Shown one piece after another: positions 47,295-56,245 of a DNA stretch of 64,000 nt. Both the position numbers and the translations under genes were made by a program. The stretch is taken from IMG/VR virus record IMGVR_UViG_3300025127_000026; one strand, written 5' to 3'. How positions within the stretch are numbered: position 1 is the stretch's first letter; each line of letters begins with the position of its first letter. The notes under the pieces are model-generated. The model did no database searches. It worked only from the letters and a program-made list of their open reading frames with translations, and was not told where the DNA came from. This DNA comes from an uncultured virus (IMG/VR IMGVR_UViG_3300025127_000026) (Duplodnaviria > Heunggongvirae > Uroviricota > Caudoviricetes > Crassvirales).

Positions 47295-47510
47295 TTAACT
47301 CATTTGTATAGGTTGTCCTGTAGAAGGATCTATTTCAGTTGTTCCACCTAACTGGTTGAACTTGGCTGTGGTAGAGTAAACAGGATTCATTGGTAAAGTA
47401 CCTGCACCCGATATATCTTGATACTGCTGAAACGTTCTATTCATTTGTGGATCTTGTGCTGCTTGAGGCACGCCGCTAAGTATCTTGTTTGGTTTAGAAT
47501 TATTAATCAT
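47295..47510 (-). CDS. hypothetical protein
   Basis: ORF within the operon. Confidence 0.55.
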   Translation of the reverse strand: MINNSKPNKILSGVPQAAQDPQMNRTFQQYQDISGAGTLPMNPVYSTTAKFNQLGGTTEIDPSTGQPIQMS

Positions 47511-47528
47511 AATTTTTATTTTTATTGA

Positions 47529-47957
47529 TTATCGCTTTTCAAGTAGTTGACCGTATGGTGTGTTAAATGTTTTAACTTCATAAGATTTTGGACCTTTTTT
47601 TCTTTGTTTACTCAAGTCTGTTTCGCTTAAACCAAAATCACTACCACCTAAATAATCACCTTCTTTAACTGGTAGTTTACCTGTAAATACAGTATCGCCA
47701 ACAGCTGGCGTGTTTGCTCTTCCTCCAAAAGATCCTTCAGGAGCATTCATACCAGAAAATCCTGTCCAATCTGAATCAGAACCTTCTCCTCCATATATTC
47801 CATATAGCTTACCTTTGCTGTCTTTTTTTAACGCAGGCATACTTTCACCAGCCATTGTTTTACTTGGTGGATCCGTAGGTTTTTTGTTTCCTAACACATC
47901 AGTGCTTGTATTTTTAAATTTATCAAAATCTTTTTGGTTATTTTTTCTTAGTGCCAT
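47529..47957 (-). CDS. hypothetical protein
   Basis: ORF within the operon. Confidence 0.55.
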   Translation of the reverse strand: MALRKNNQKDFDKFKNTSTDVLGNKKPTDPPSKTMAGESMPALKKDSKGKLYGIYGGEGSDSDWTGFSGMNAPEGSFGGRANTPAVGDTVFTGKLPVKEGDYLGGSDFGLSETDLSKQRKKGPKSYEVKTFNTPYGQLLEKR

Positions 47958-47962
47958 TTTTT

Positions 47963-48208
47963 TTATTTATATGATTTTTCATAATCACCCATATCATAAT
48001 CATAATGATCTGTGCTTCCTGTTTCATGAAAACTATCTAAAGCACCTTTTTGTTCTTTAGTTAGTTTAGGAGAATTAAATTTATCTAGATCAGCTTGCCT
48101 TGTGTTATATTCATCTAATTTAGCTTTTTGCTTTTTAGTTAAATTTTTCTTAGCTGCAAGTTTTTTCATACGTCTAGCTTTTCTATTTCCTTTTCCTAAT
48201 TTACTCAT
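47963..48208 (-). CDS. basic hypothetical protein
   Basis: TAATG-coupled ORF. Confidence 0.55.
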   Translation of the reverse strand: MSKLGKGNRKARRMKKLAAKKNLTKKQKAKLDEYNTRQADLDKFNSPKLTKEQKGALDSFHETGSTDHYDYDMGDYEKSYK

Positions 48209-48636
48209 TACCTTGTTTTATCTTTATTTACGTTGTTTATGGAAGTTTTTAAAACAACGTCCATATAATTACTTTTAAGTCTTTTGCTAGGCATATCTTC
48301 TTCGCCTAGCATAATTCGGTACATACGACTAATTAACTGTTTACACTTTGTAGAAACTTTATATATATTGTATTTCTGTGTTGTTCTATTTCGTTCTCTC
48401 CAAACTACTATCCAACCACTTTTCAACAACCTGTTCCAGCGTCTGTTATCCCAGCTGTATGAGTACGTACCGGTTTTAAAATCTTGTTTTGTAAATAAAT
48501 TTACTGCTTCTAAATATATTAATAATTCTAAATCAGCGTCATTTAAGTTATTTGTTTTGCAAGCCCACTTGCGTATTATTCTATAATGTTTAAGTAAATT
48601 TAATTCTCTAAGATCACTTGACGTGAGCTTTCTCAT
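48208..48636 (-). CDS. winged-helix-like DNA-binding protein
   Basis: LNDADLELLIYL...RWNRLLKSGWIVVW...YKVSTKCK is a MarR-like pattern. Confidence 0.5.
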   Translation of the reverse strand: MRKLTSSDLRELNLLKHYRIIRKWACKTNNLNDADLELLIYLEAVNLFTKQDFKTGTYSYSWDNRRWNRLLKSGWIVVWRERNRTTQKYNIYKVSTKCKQLISRMYRIMLGEEDMPSKRLKSNYMDVVLKTSINNVNKDKTR

Positions 48637-49091
48637 TTATTTCTTTTTTGTCCTTTTTTTCTAGCATTAACTTTGTGTCTTTTTGTTTCTACCTCTCCTC
48701 TAACATTCCCGTATTTATCAGCTTTAGACCCAGTTTGTTTAATCTTATATCCTCCTCTAAACTCACTAGTGCCTCTTGATTTTTCTTTACTTTTTTCTAC
48801 AGCAGATCCATCTTTTTTAACTCTTGCTTTTTCTTTTTCTTTATGATAATCTGTTTTGTGAGTTTTCTTTCTTTTTACAACATTACCATCAGCGTTTTTA
48901 GTTGATTTTCTTTTATACGTACCTTTTTCGCCTTTACTCTTGTATTTTTCTACTGTTTTTCCAGATCTTTTTTTAATGGTTTTTTTAGTAACTGTTTGAC
49001 CATCGTCTCTAGTTTCTCTAGTTTTTTCTACCATACGTCTCATGCGTTCTTTACTTCCCGCACTTCCGCTTTCTTTTAAGTCTTTTGCCAT
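48633..49091 (-). CDS. highly basic protein, paralog A
   Basis: K/R-rich; N-terminus shared with 49102-49509. Confidence 0.6.
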   Translation of the reverse strand: MAKDLKESGSAGSKERMRRMVEKTRETRDDGQTVTKKTIKKRSGKTVEKYKSKGEKGTYKRKSTKNADGNVVKRKKTHKTDYHKEKEKARVKKDGSAVEKSKEKSRGTSEFRGGYKIKQTGSKADKYGNVRGEVETKRHKVNARKKGQKRNK

Positions 49092-49101
49092 TATTATTAA
49101 T

Positions 49102-49509
49102 TTACAATTCTGTATTTTTATACTTTTTGTTTTTACGTTTTTTTATTCTGTTATATTTTTTTTCAGAAATTTCTTTCCCTTTGCCATAAGTAATTACCGT
49201 GGCCCCAAATTGATTTTTGCTTTCCACTGGTTTTCTTAAAGGCTTATATTGAGTATATGTATTTTCTCCTGTAGGTGTCCATTTTCCACTACCTCCTTCA
49301 ATACCGTCATCATCGACAAATTTTCGCTTTATGTGTTTGTCTAATCCACCTTTGTATTTTCCTTTTTTTGAGTATGATGTACTTTCGTATCTATCAAATC
49401 CATCCATAACACTTCCTCGAAGCCCGGTTGACTCATAACGTTTTTTAACCATTTTCCTCATACGGTCTTTACTTCCTGCACTACCACTTTCTTTTAAATC
49501 TCTACTCAT
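49102..49509 (-). CDS. highly basic protein, paralog B
   Basis: K/R-rich; N-terminus shared with 48633-49091. Confidence 0.6.
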   Translation of the reverse strand: MSRDLKESGSAGSKDRMRKMVKKRYESTGLRGSVMDGFDRYESTSYSKKGKYKGGLDKHIKRKFVDDDGIEGGSGKWTPTGENTYTQYKPLRKPVESKNQFGATVITYGKGKEISEKKYNRIKKRKNKKYKNTEL

Positions 49510-50003
49510 TATTTAAAGTTTTTTCCTAAGTTTCTTTTTCTAATACCTTTTGTTATTGGTCTATCAGCATCATCACTAGGTAGAAGCTTTACTCTTCCTT
49601 TTTGTAGTGCTCCACCAGTAAAATAAAATTCACCTTTTTCCGTGTTGTATTCATCTATATTTTGTTGAGGAGTTACAGCTCTTTCAAACCGAGTACCGGT
49701 CATTTTAGTTTTTCTATCTGTATAACCTTTTTTAAATTCTTGAATAGCTTTTTTTCTACTAGTAGGCTCTGGAAAAGGTGTGTAAACTTCATCTTTTAGT
49801 TTTTTATATCTATCAGTTTCAGTTTTTCCTTTCTTTTCCATTTTTCTTACTTTAGCAAGTTTTTTAACTTGTTTATCTTCACGCTTTTTTTCCTCCCACT
49901 CTCCATCTTGCTTCATTTCTCTTCTTCGTCGTAGTTTCTCTAATATACCTTCTCCTCTTACTTCATCAGGGCGTTTTGATCTTTTTTTAGAACTTGGAAA
50001 CAT
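49509..50003 (-). CDS. highly basic hypothetical protein
   Basis: TAATG-coupled ORF. Confidence 0.6.
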   Translation of the reverse strand: MFPSSKKRSKRPDEVRGEGILEKLRRRREMKQDGEWEEKKREDKQVKKLAKVRKMEKKGKTETDRYKKLKDEVYTPFPEPTSRKKAIQEFKKGYTDRKTKMTGTRFERAVTPQQNIDEYNTEKGEFYFTGGALQKGRVKLLPSDDADRPITKGIRKRNLGKNFK

Positions 50004-50008
50004 AATTA

Positions 50009-50269
50009 TTATATTACTATTACTATATCTTGCTCTTTGATAACTTTGAACATTTTATCTTTTATTTCAATATTAAAACCAGCGTGCCTATCATAATATA
50101 TTTTATCACCAGATTTTAATAATGTTACATCAGAACCTGGGTTTAACACCTCAGCTTTTTGATATCTTATATCTTCTCTTTGTTTATCAGACAAAAGTAA
50201 ACCACCTTTTGTTTTAGTAGTTTTTTCTTGCAATTCTTTTATTACTATATATTTACCTACTGCTTTCAT
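50009..50269 (-). CDS. groES: co-chaperonin GroES
   Basis: KTKGGLLLSD mobile loop, LKSGDKIYY, IKEQDI; adjacent to groEL. Confidence 0.9.
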   Translation of the reverse strand: MKAVGKYIVIKELQEKTTKTKGGLLLSDKQREDIRYQKAEVLNPGSDVTLLKSGDKIYYDRHAGFNIEIKDKMFKVIKEQDIVIVI

Positions 50270-51806
50270 TTGCTCTCAAATTATTGATTACACAATCAGT
50301 TGATAAAATCGTGGTTGCTACTGAAGCCGCGTTTTTTAAAGCGCTTTTAGTAACGAGTAGTGGATCTATTATTCCGGCTTTTACCATATCCACGGAATTT
50401 CCTGTAACCACGTCTAATCCTAATCCTTCGTCTTCGCTTTTGGTATTTGTTATACCTGCATTTTTTAAAATAGTATCATATGGCGATGTTATAGCTTTTA
50501 ATAATACTTTTTCTCCTTCAGATTCAGGTTTTATATTTTGTGAAGCATTTAGCAAAGCTATTCCTCCACCTGGAACTATACCTTCCTTTATCGCGGCTTT
50601 TGTAGCACATATAGCATCTTCAACTCTATCTTTTTTTTCTTTTAATTCTACTTCTGAATTAGCTCCTACTTTAACAATAGCAACTTTACCTGTTAATCTA
50701 GCTATTCTTTTTTCTATTTGTGTAACTAATGTAGGATTTGAAGTTTCTTTTATTTGTTGTTTTAAATCATTGATAATTTCATCAATATCTTCAGAAAAAT
50801 AATCTCTTTGTATAATGGTTTCAGCTGAATTACTTACTGCTTTCAAGCAACTACCTAGATGGTCTTCAGTGATCATTTCCATATCATCACCTAAATCTTC
50901 ATTTATAATAGTAGCACCTGTAATTAAAGATAAATCTTTTAAAGTGTTTAATTTATTTACCCCATATGTAGGAGCTTGTATAACGTTGACTTTAATATTA
51001 CCTTTTATTTTGTTCATAGCTAATGCAGACGAGACACTTGGTTCTACATCTCCAATTATTAATAATGCCTTATTTCTTTTTATAACATGTTCTAATACAG
51101 ATTGTATTTGTCTAATGTTTTCAATTTTGTTTTCTACTAAAAGAACTAATGCATTATCTAATTCTGCTACACCTGTATCTTGATTTGTTATAAAATGAGG
51201 ATTTAAAATTCCTTTTTCATATTGAGCACCATCTACTACTTCTACTGTTGTTTCAGCTAAATCATGTGTTTCCATCATTACTATGCCTGTTTCGTCAACA
51301 GCTTTAAATGCATTAGCAATAATTTCTCCAAGTTTTTTATCATTATTAGCCGATATAGAAGCAACTTGGTTTATCGATTTACCTGAAACTTTTTTAGACT
51401 TTTTCTCTAAATATTTAACAACTTTGTCTACACAAGAATTTATACCTTCTTTTATTTCTCTGGTGTTGTTATTTGCTAAGTTTTCATATGCAGTATTAAG
51501 TATAGCATGTGCTAATACTGTAGCTGTAGTTGTACCATCTCCAGCTTCTTTTACTGTTTTTCTTGCAGCTTCTTTTAATAATTTAGCTCCCATGTTTTCA
51601 ACTGGATCTAATAATATTATACTATCAGCCACTGTTACACCGTCTTTTGTTATTTGCGGATTTCCTAAACTATCTTCAAGTATTACACACTTGCCGCTAG
51701 CTCCTAATGTGGAGCTAACAGCTTTAGTAAGTTTTTCAATACCTTTAAAAATAGTTTCTTTTGCATCTTTACCGAAGTTAAGATGTTTAACTATTGTTTC
51801 GTTCAT
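50253..51806 (-). CDS. groEL: chaperonin GroEL
   Basis: ITKDGVTVA, GDGTTTAT, EKKDRVEDA, GIVPGGG, GIIDP. Confidence 0.97.
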   Translation of the reverse strand: MNETIVKHLNFGKDAKETIFKGIEKLTKAVSSTLGASGKCVILEDSLGNPQITKDGVTVADSIILLDPVENMGAKLLKEAARKTVKEAGDGTTTATVLAHAILNTAYENLANNNTREIKEGINSCVDKVVKYLEKKSKKVSGKSINQVASISANNDKKLGEIIANAFKAVDETGIVMMETHDLAETTVEVVDGAQYEKGILNPHFITNQDTGVAELDNALVLLVENKIENIRQIQSVLEHVIKRNKALLIIGDVEPSVSSALAMNKIKGNIKVNVIQAPTYGVNKLNTLKDLSLITGATIINEDLGDDMEMITEDHLGSCLKAVSNSAETIIQRDYFSEDIDEIINDLKQQIKETSNPTLVTQIEKRIARLTGKVAIVKVGANSEVELKEKKDRVEDAICATKAAIKEGIVPGGGIALLNASQNIKPESEGEKVLLKAITSPYDTILKNAGITNTKSEDEGLGLDVVTGNSVDMVKAGIIDPLLVTKSALKNAASVATTILSTDCVINNLRANESSR

Positions 51807-51848
51807 TTGATTAAATTAAATTGGTTTTAAGTGGTGGTATATAAAGTT

Positions 51849-52115
51849 TTATTTTCGACCTTTATTGTAAGATGCAACTTTTTTATTATATCCCATAACA
51901 GCTTTTTTATTTTTACTTGCAGCTTTTCCAGCTTTCTTTTGCAATTTCATTCCTGTCTTGTTAACTTTCTTAGCTGTCTTAGGATCTGCTTTTCCACCCA
52001 TTCCAGCTATTTTTTTGTTTAATGCAGCTATTTTTTTATTTGCAGCAGCTAACTTAGCAGCTGTTGAAACCACTTTTTTCTTTTTAGGTGGTTTAGGTTT
52101 ACTTCCGTATGCCAT
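51849..52115 (-). CDS. Lys/Ala-rich histone-H1-like small protein
   Basis: Composition dominated by K and A. Confidence 0.55.
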   Translation of the reverse strand: MAYGSKPKPPKKKKVVSTAAKLAAANKKIAALNKKIAGMGGKADPKTAKKVNKTGMKLQKKAGKAASKNKKAVMGYNKKVASYNKGRK

Positions 52116-52126
52116 TTTATTTTTTT

Positions 52127-52414
52127 TTATTTTGTAAATGTTTTGACCACTTTTGGTCCTTTAAGAAATTCTAATTTCTTTGTATAATGTTCTATAGATC
52201 CATCAATAGCGGCTTCAGCACCATCCATTGTTTCTCTCCTTGTTACATCGATCCAGTCGTCTTCTTCTGGATGTTTATATTCTGTTTGGAAAAATCCATT
52301 TGGTAACTGAACAATTCTCCAATTGCTTTTTTCGGTTATATGTTTCCAATGGTTGATCATACTTTGATCGGGTTGTGTAGCAGCTCTAAAGCTACTGGTA
52401 TATAAAAACGTCAT
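52127..52414 (-). CDS. hypothetical protein
   Basis: NWRIVQLPNGFFQTEY...WIDVTRRET. Confidence 0.65.
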   Translation of the reverse strand: MTFLYTSSFRAATQPDQSMINHWKHITEKSNWRIVQLPNGFFQTEYKHPEEDDWIDVTRRETMDGAEAAIDGSIEHYTKKLEFLKGPKVVKTFTK

Positions 52415-52471
52415 GGTTTTATGTTTTTTGGTTATTATTATACTATCACATGATAGTTTGTTTTTCTACTA

Positions 52472-54235
52472 TTATTCTAAACATTGGTCAGGTAAACTGT
52501 CACAAGTGAAATTAGCCCCAGTTAAAATTGCTATGTTTGGTGTTACTTCCTTGTCTGTTACTGATCCTTTAACATAACAACAAGATAAAGATTTATCTAC
52601 AGTTGATTCAAATATTAAGTTATTTAATAATGCAGATGATTCAGCTTCAAAATAAATTGGATCTGGCATGCCATCACAAGCTTCACCTGCTACATTAGCA
52701 CATTTTGTATATTCAAATCTTTCTGTTGGATTTTCTTGAGTCTCTCCTTTATAAAAATGAAGAGATAACCTATACGCACCAGATGCTTCAATTTCTCCAC
52801 CAGGAAGAGAACTTTGAACTTGAGTTACAGTTTCGCCTAAAGTTAAATCAGCTGCTTGAACTCGATCACCTGCAACTCTTTGAGCTAGCCAAGATTGAGT
52901 TGGCGTATCAGATACTCCTTTGCCTAATAGTCCACCAACTGTTGAAGGTTTAGACCACATTATAATAATGTCATCTCCTGCTTCAATAGTTATATCATTA
53001 CCAGTAGATGTTCCATCATCGCTTAAACTCATAGTGTTTATACCAACAGATGTTCCTGATGGCATTTCACCCCAACCAATTAATGTAGCAGAACTACCGG
53101 CTGATGTATCTAAAGTTCCTTTAAACAATGCAATTGTAAATTCTTCACTGTTTCCTCCTATAGCACCATAATCAACTTTGTTAATTACACATGCATCTTC
53201 AACTACTGTTTGACAAAAAATAGTTTCTTCTACACCAGCGCCTTGACCAGCTTTACCATCGTATATGCTTAATGGAGTAAAACCGTTGTCAGTACTTCCA
53301 CCGCCGCCGCCAGTTGTAATAGACACATTGGTATTACCAGCTTGATTAGCTGTAAATGTATTAGGTGTTCCATCAACTGTTATAGTTAACGTACCGTCAT
53401 TTACAGTTTGTGAATTTGGTATTTTAACAACAGCAGTACACTCTGCAGCGCTTGTTGGATCTTCCGTAGATATTGTTTCTACAGGATAATAATTACCTTC
53501 TGACGAAACAGATGGCACTTCAATATTAGTTACTTTACCTGTTTTTATACCTCCTAGAGTAGTTGGAGTAGAACAAGGTAATACGTAGGAAGATGAGGAT
53601 GGTATTCTTACAACAGCTGTGCATTCCTGCGAAGGTAGAATAAGCTCGTTTTTTAATACTTCTATTGGGTAATATAAACCATCTTCTGATGGAGTTGGTA
53701 TTACGCTTGTACTAGTATTTTGAAAAGCTTTTATACCGCCTAAAGATGTCGACCCAGCGCATGGAAGTTCATAAGTACCACTCGCTTGTATACCTACAAC
53801 AGCTTTACATCCATCTTCAATTATTTGTACTGGATAATATACTGGGTTATCTGCAGCTTCTGGTTGTTCTATTTCTACAGTATCCGCTGAAATACCACCT
53901 AACTCATCTTTACTAGCACATGGTAAAACATAAGGATCTGGTATCGTGACTTGTAAATCTATACCGTTGCCAATGCTAGTTATTGAAACGCTGCTATCAG
54001 CTGAGGTTAGTGCCATTGGTGAACATGCTGCTGCTGCAAATAGGTTAGCTCCTTGACCATCAACAATGGAAGTAATTGCTGTACTACATCCATCTCCACC
54101 TCCACCTGGAATTAATCCTGCTATTTGACTTAAAGTTATTTGTTTAGTAAACTTTTTATCGTTTGGATCTGTAATAACAACTAATTCATCACCTACTGGA
54201 TTTTTTAACTTAGGATATGTATATATTATAGGCAT
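52472..54235 (-). CDS. putative fibre/decoration protein with internal repeats
   Basis: Three YxLPC...LGGI...YYP...CxAVV repeats; Thr/Ser/Gly-rich. Confidence 0.55.
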   Translation of the reverse strand: MPIIYTYPKLKNPVGDELVVITDPNDKKFTKQITLSQIAGLIPGGGGDGCSTAITSIVDGQGANLFAAAACSPMALTSADSSVSITSIGNGIDLQVTIPDPYVLPCASKDELGGISADTVEIEQPEAADNPVYYPVQIIEDGCKAVVGIQASGTYELPCAGSTSLGGIKAFQNTSTSVIPTPSEDGLYYPIEVLKNELILPSQECTAVVRIPSSSSYVLPCSTPTTLGGIKTGKVTNIEVPSVSSEGNYYPVETISTEDPTSAAECTAVVKIPNSQTVNDGTLTITVDGTPNTFTANQAGNTNVSITTGGGGGSTDNGFTPLSIYDGKAGQGAGVEETIFCQTVVEDACVINKVDYGAIGGNSEEFTIALFKGTLDTSAGSSATLIGWGEMPSGTSVGINTMSLSDDGTSTGNDITIEAGDDIIIMWSKPSTVGGLLGKGVSDTPTQSWLAQRVAGDRVQAADLTLGETVTQVQSSLPGGEIEASGAYRLSLHFYKGETQENPTERFEYTKCANVAGEACDGMPDPIYFEAESSALLNNLIFESTVDKSLSCCYVKGSVTDKEVTPNIAILTGANFTCDSLPDQCLE

Positions 54236-54238
54236 AAT

Positions 54239-54910
54239 TTATAATTTTTTTACTTTTTTTGCTGTTTTTGCTGTTTTTGTATATCGCCTTTTACTCTTTG
54301 GACTCATTGATTTAGACTTAGGTCTTTGAGGTTTAGGACCTTTTCTAGTTACAGTTGGTGGTTTTACAGCTCCTCCAGCTTTTTTAAATGTTAATTCAGC
54401 AGGTTCTGCTGATTGCTGAGATGAACTACCTAAATGCGCCTCTTTTAATTCCATATCTCTTTTAGATGGAGTGAATGTTTTATTGGATGCTGAACTAGTT
54501 TTCTTTGGTTCAGACCAAGTTGCTTTTAATGGGCCCAACTTTGGGGGTTCGATTTTTTCAGCTAATGGCTGTTTAATTGCCTTAGGCATTTTAGGTTTTG
54601 GCATTACAGTTGCTTTTGCTAATCTTGATCCTAAGTCAGCTGCTAATCCTGATTTTAATGCATTTTTCAACATAGCATTCATAGCCACTGTGTTACCTAA
54701 TTTTTTAGTTGAACCTTGAAAGCGTTTTACAACAGGCTCTTTAGATCTATTTACTACAGGATTTTCTGTAAGTAAGTTTTTTCTTTCTTGCTTAGCTGAC
54801 TCTTTTTTAACTTTTCTAGGAACTTTCATAGGTTTAGGTCCTTTACCTGACCTACGACCTTTGTTTTCGTTGTCGTCTTTTTTTCTTTTTGGTTTATCTC
54901 CGTATTCCAT
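54239..54910 (-). CDS. Lys/Pro-rich disordered protein
   Basis: Amino-acid composition. Confidence 0.6.
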   Translation of the reverse strand: MEYGDKPKRKKDDNENKGRRSGKGPKPMKVPRKVKKESAKQERKNLLTENPVVNRSKEPVVKRFQGSTKKLGNTVAMNAMLKNALKSGLAADLGSRLAKATVMPKPKMPKAIKQPLAEKIEPPKLGPLKATWSEPKKTSSASNKTFTPSKRDMELKEAHLGSSSQQSAEPAELTFKKAGGAVKPPTVTRKGPKPQRPKSKSMSPKSKRRYTKTAKTAKKVKKL

Positions 54911-54920
54911 TGTGAATATT

Positions 54921-55136
54921 TTAAGATCTTGAACCCATATGTTTCATTACTTTGCTTCTCGAATGTCTATGGAAAGCATCGTCGTGTGCATCTCTTTTTA
55001 AAGCATGTGCGTGATCAAAATCATTTTCAGCATTTGCCATCTTTCCGTGAGCAGCTTCGTATCTACCGTCAATTCTTAACTTTCTTTCGTGAGAGTAGTC
55101 ATCCATAGCCGCTTCTTTGTCTTGATATTTGTTCAT
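54921..55136 (-). CDS. small His/Asp-rich protein, first gene of the minus-strand block
   Basis: MNKYQDKEAAMDDYSHE...DHAHALKRDAHDDAFHRH; likely start is 55136. Confidence 0.55.
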   Translation of the reverse strand: MNKYQDKEAAMDDYSHERKLRIDGRYEAAHGKMANAENDFDHAHALKRDAHDDAFHRHSRSKVMKHMGSRS

Positions 55137-55230
55137 AATTATGATTTTTTTTAATATTTTTAGTTTTATACGTATAATATAGTTATTTACAGGTAAAATT
55201 ACAAATTTACTTAAAAAAATAAGGGTACAC

Positions 55231-55277
55231 TGTGACAATAGGGTACTACTCTTAATATTTAACTAGCTTATGTCACT
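55231..55277. repeat. 47-bp inverted-repeat element, copy 1
   Basis: TGTGACA-N33-TGTCACT, same geometry as 56085-56131. Confidence 0.75.
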
Positions 55278-55455
55278 ATTTTTATAGCCCGGCTTAGATA
55301 TATAGGGAATTTTTGCTATACTTTGAAATTTTATTTTGTTTTTTTAAAAAAAATTGAATTTATATTTTGGCCCCTACGTGTTTTTTGATATATTTTTGCG
55401 TATATTTTTATGTTTTCAATGTTATATTTCATGCTTTTCATGTTTTGTTTTATAT

Positions 55456-55486
55456 TATAAAATAAATACGGATATTTCTAGATAAT
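55456..55486 (+). promoter_or_regulatory. early promoter-like motif, copy 1
   Basis: TAAATACG(55463)-N10-GATAAT. Confidence 0.7.
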
Positions 55487-55512
55487 AATTATAAATAATA
55501 AAACTAATAACA

Positions 55513-55767
55513 ATGAATATAAATAAATTACCTCAATTAAATAATAATCACGAATATCTAATTGACAACTCAGATTACTCAGAATTATTTGAACGACTAA
55601 ACTATAATACAGAAGACTACCTCATCGTCTACTCATATATTCACGACATAATAGACGTAGTAAAAGAATTAATAAACTACAATGTAGAATTCTCACATCA
55701 CTCTTGTCATTTATCTGACGAATCATACTTACTAATTAACTACAAAGAAGAAAATCTACATATATAA
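55513..55767 (+). CDS. hypothetical early protein
   Basis: ORF downstream of motif copy 1. Confidence 0.55.
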   Translation: MNINKLPQLNNNHEYLIDNSDYSELFERLNYNTEDYLIVYSYIHDIIDVVKELINYNVEFSHHSCHLSDESYLLINYKEENLHI

Positions 55768-55769
55768 AT

Positions 55770-55800
55770 TATAAACTAAATACGACTAACAACAGATAAT
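55770..55800 (+). promoter_or_regulatory. early promoter-like motif, copy 2
   Basis: TAAATACG(55777)-N10-GATAAT. Confidence 0.7.
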
Positions 55801-55841
55801 AATATAAACTAAACTAAATTAATAATAAATAAATAATAACT

Positions 55842-56078
55842 ATGAAAAATTCTAAATTAACAACAAAAAGATTTGTAATAAGAAAATCTTTAATCGGTGA
55901 AAATACAATTATAACTTTCACTAACAAAAAATCTCAAACTTTCACTTATAATCACGACGAAATATACTCACTATTTCAAGAAAAATTTGAGTCAATGCCA
56001 TGCTTTCAAGAATATGGAAGTTATACTAACTCTAACATTGTACCTAAATTCTGCAGAGAATATAGTGAAATGTCATAA
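55842..56078 (+). CDS. hypothetical early protein
   Basis: ORF downstream of motif copy 2. Confidence 0.65.
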   Translation: MKNSKLTTKRFVIRKSLIGENTIITFTNKKSQTFTYNHDEIYSLFQEKFESMPCFQEYGSYTNSNIVPKFCREYSEMS

Positions 56079-56084
56079 GTAACA

Positions 56085-56131
56085 TGTGACAGTAGCCTGT
56101 TACTATTATATACTAACAAGCTATTGTCATA
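56085..56131. repeat. 47-bp inverted-repeat element, copy 2
   Basis: TGTGACAGTAGC...GCTATTGTCACA. Confidence 0.75.
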
Positions 56132-56245
56132 CTATACTTATATGAATAACGTTACATACTAATGTAAGTTATCGCGAGACTTCGCGCAACAATACTAAAC
56201 TAAAAATAATAACTAAACTAATATACACCTTTAAAATTAAATAAA

